A stretch of DNA of 64,000 bases, taken from Patescibacteria group bacterium. Lineage in GTDB: Bacteria; Patescibacteriota; Minisyncoccia; Moranbacterales; JAKLHP01. The position numbers and the translations under genes are program-made. Within the stretch, counting starts at the first letter, position 1. Each line of letters opens with the position of its first letter. Below are positions 63,341 to 64,000 of the stretch, in pieces. The stretch spans positions 10,561 through 74,560 of the forward strand of contig JAZDKA010000034.1 in NCBI GenBank assembly GCA_043803385.1, read 5' to 3'. Below the pieces are notes generated by a model. That model saw only the letters and a list, made by a program, of their open reading frames with translations. It ran no database searches and had not been told where the DNA came from.

Positions 63341-64000
<660 letters not shown>

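Overview
AT-rich bacterial chromosome segment in genetic code 11 (TGA used as stop). Gene content and style suggest Patescibacteria/CPR, probably Parcubacteria (inference only). Housekeeping genes: topA (partial), dprA, pth, LCP, lepB, hisS, rpsU, yqeY, ybeY, dgkA, ftsA, ftsZ, nrdR-nrdD-nrdG, split comEC, an Adk-like kinase, comF, clpC, ligA, gatC, gatA, pyruvoyl arginine decarboxylase, gyrB (partial) and five tRNAs. There is also a complete type IV pilus locus with three tandem major pilins and no PilY1 gene. The most notable region is an accessory island at about 13.9-28.6 kb. It holds a radical SAM/SPASM enzyme coupled to a GT4 glycosyltransferase, a membrane-anchored beta-propeller, a signal-peptide-bearing Gly/Cys-rich (12 Cys) precursor-like peptide and a TPR protein. 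These are followed by three Cys-rich repeat surface proteins that all end in NWKE[VI]AP, two of which appear to carry an internal second signal peptide. The window also carries several palindromic or heptameric repeat families, some inserted in frame into essential genes, a RAYT with REP-like palindromes inside its own ORF, and a frameshifted PaaX/Cas2-like gene bracketed by 36-bp palindromic direct repeats. All calls come from reading motifs by eye; no database searches were run.
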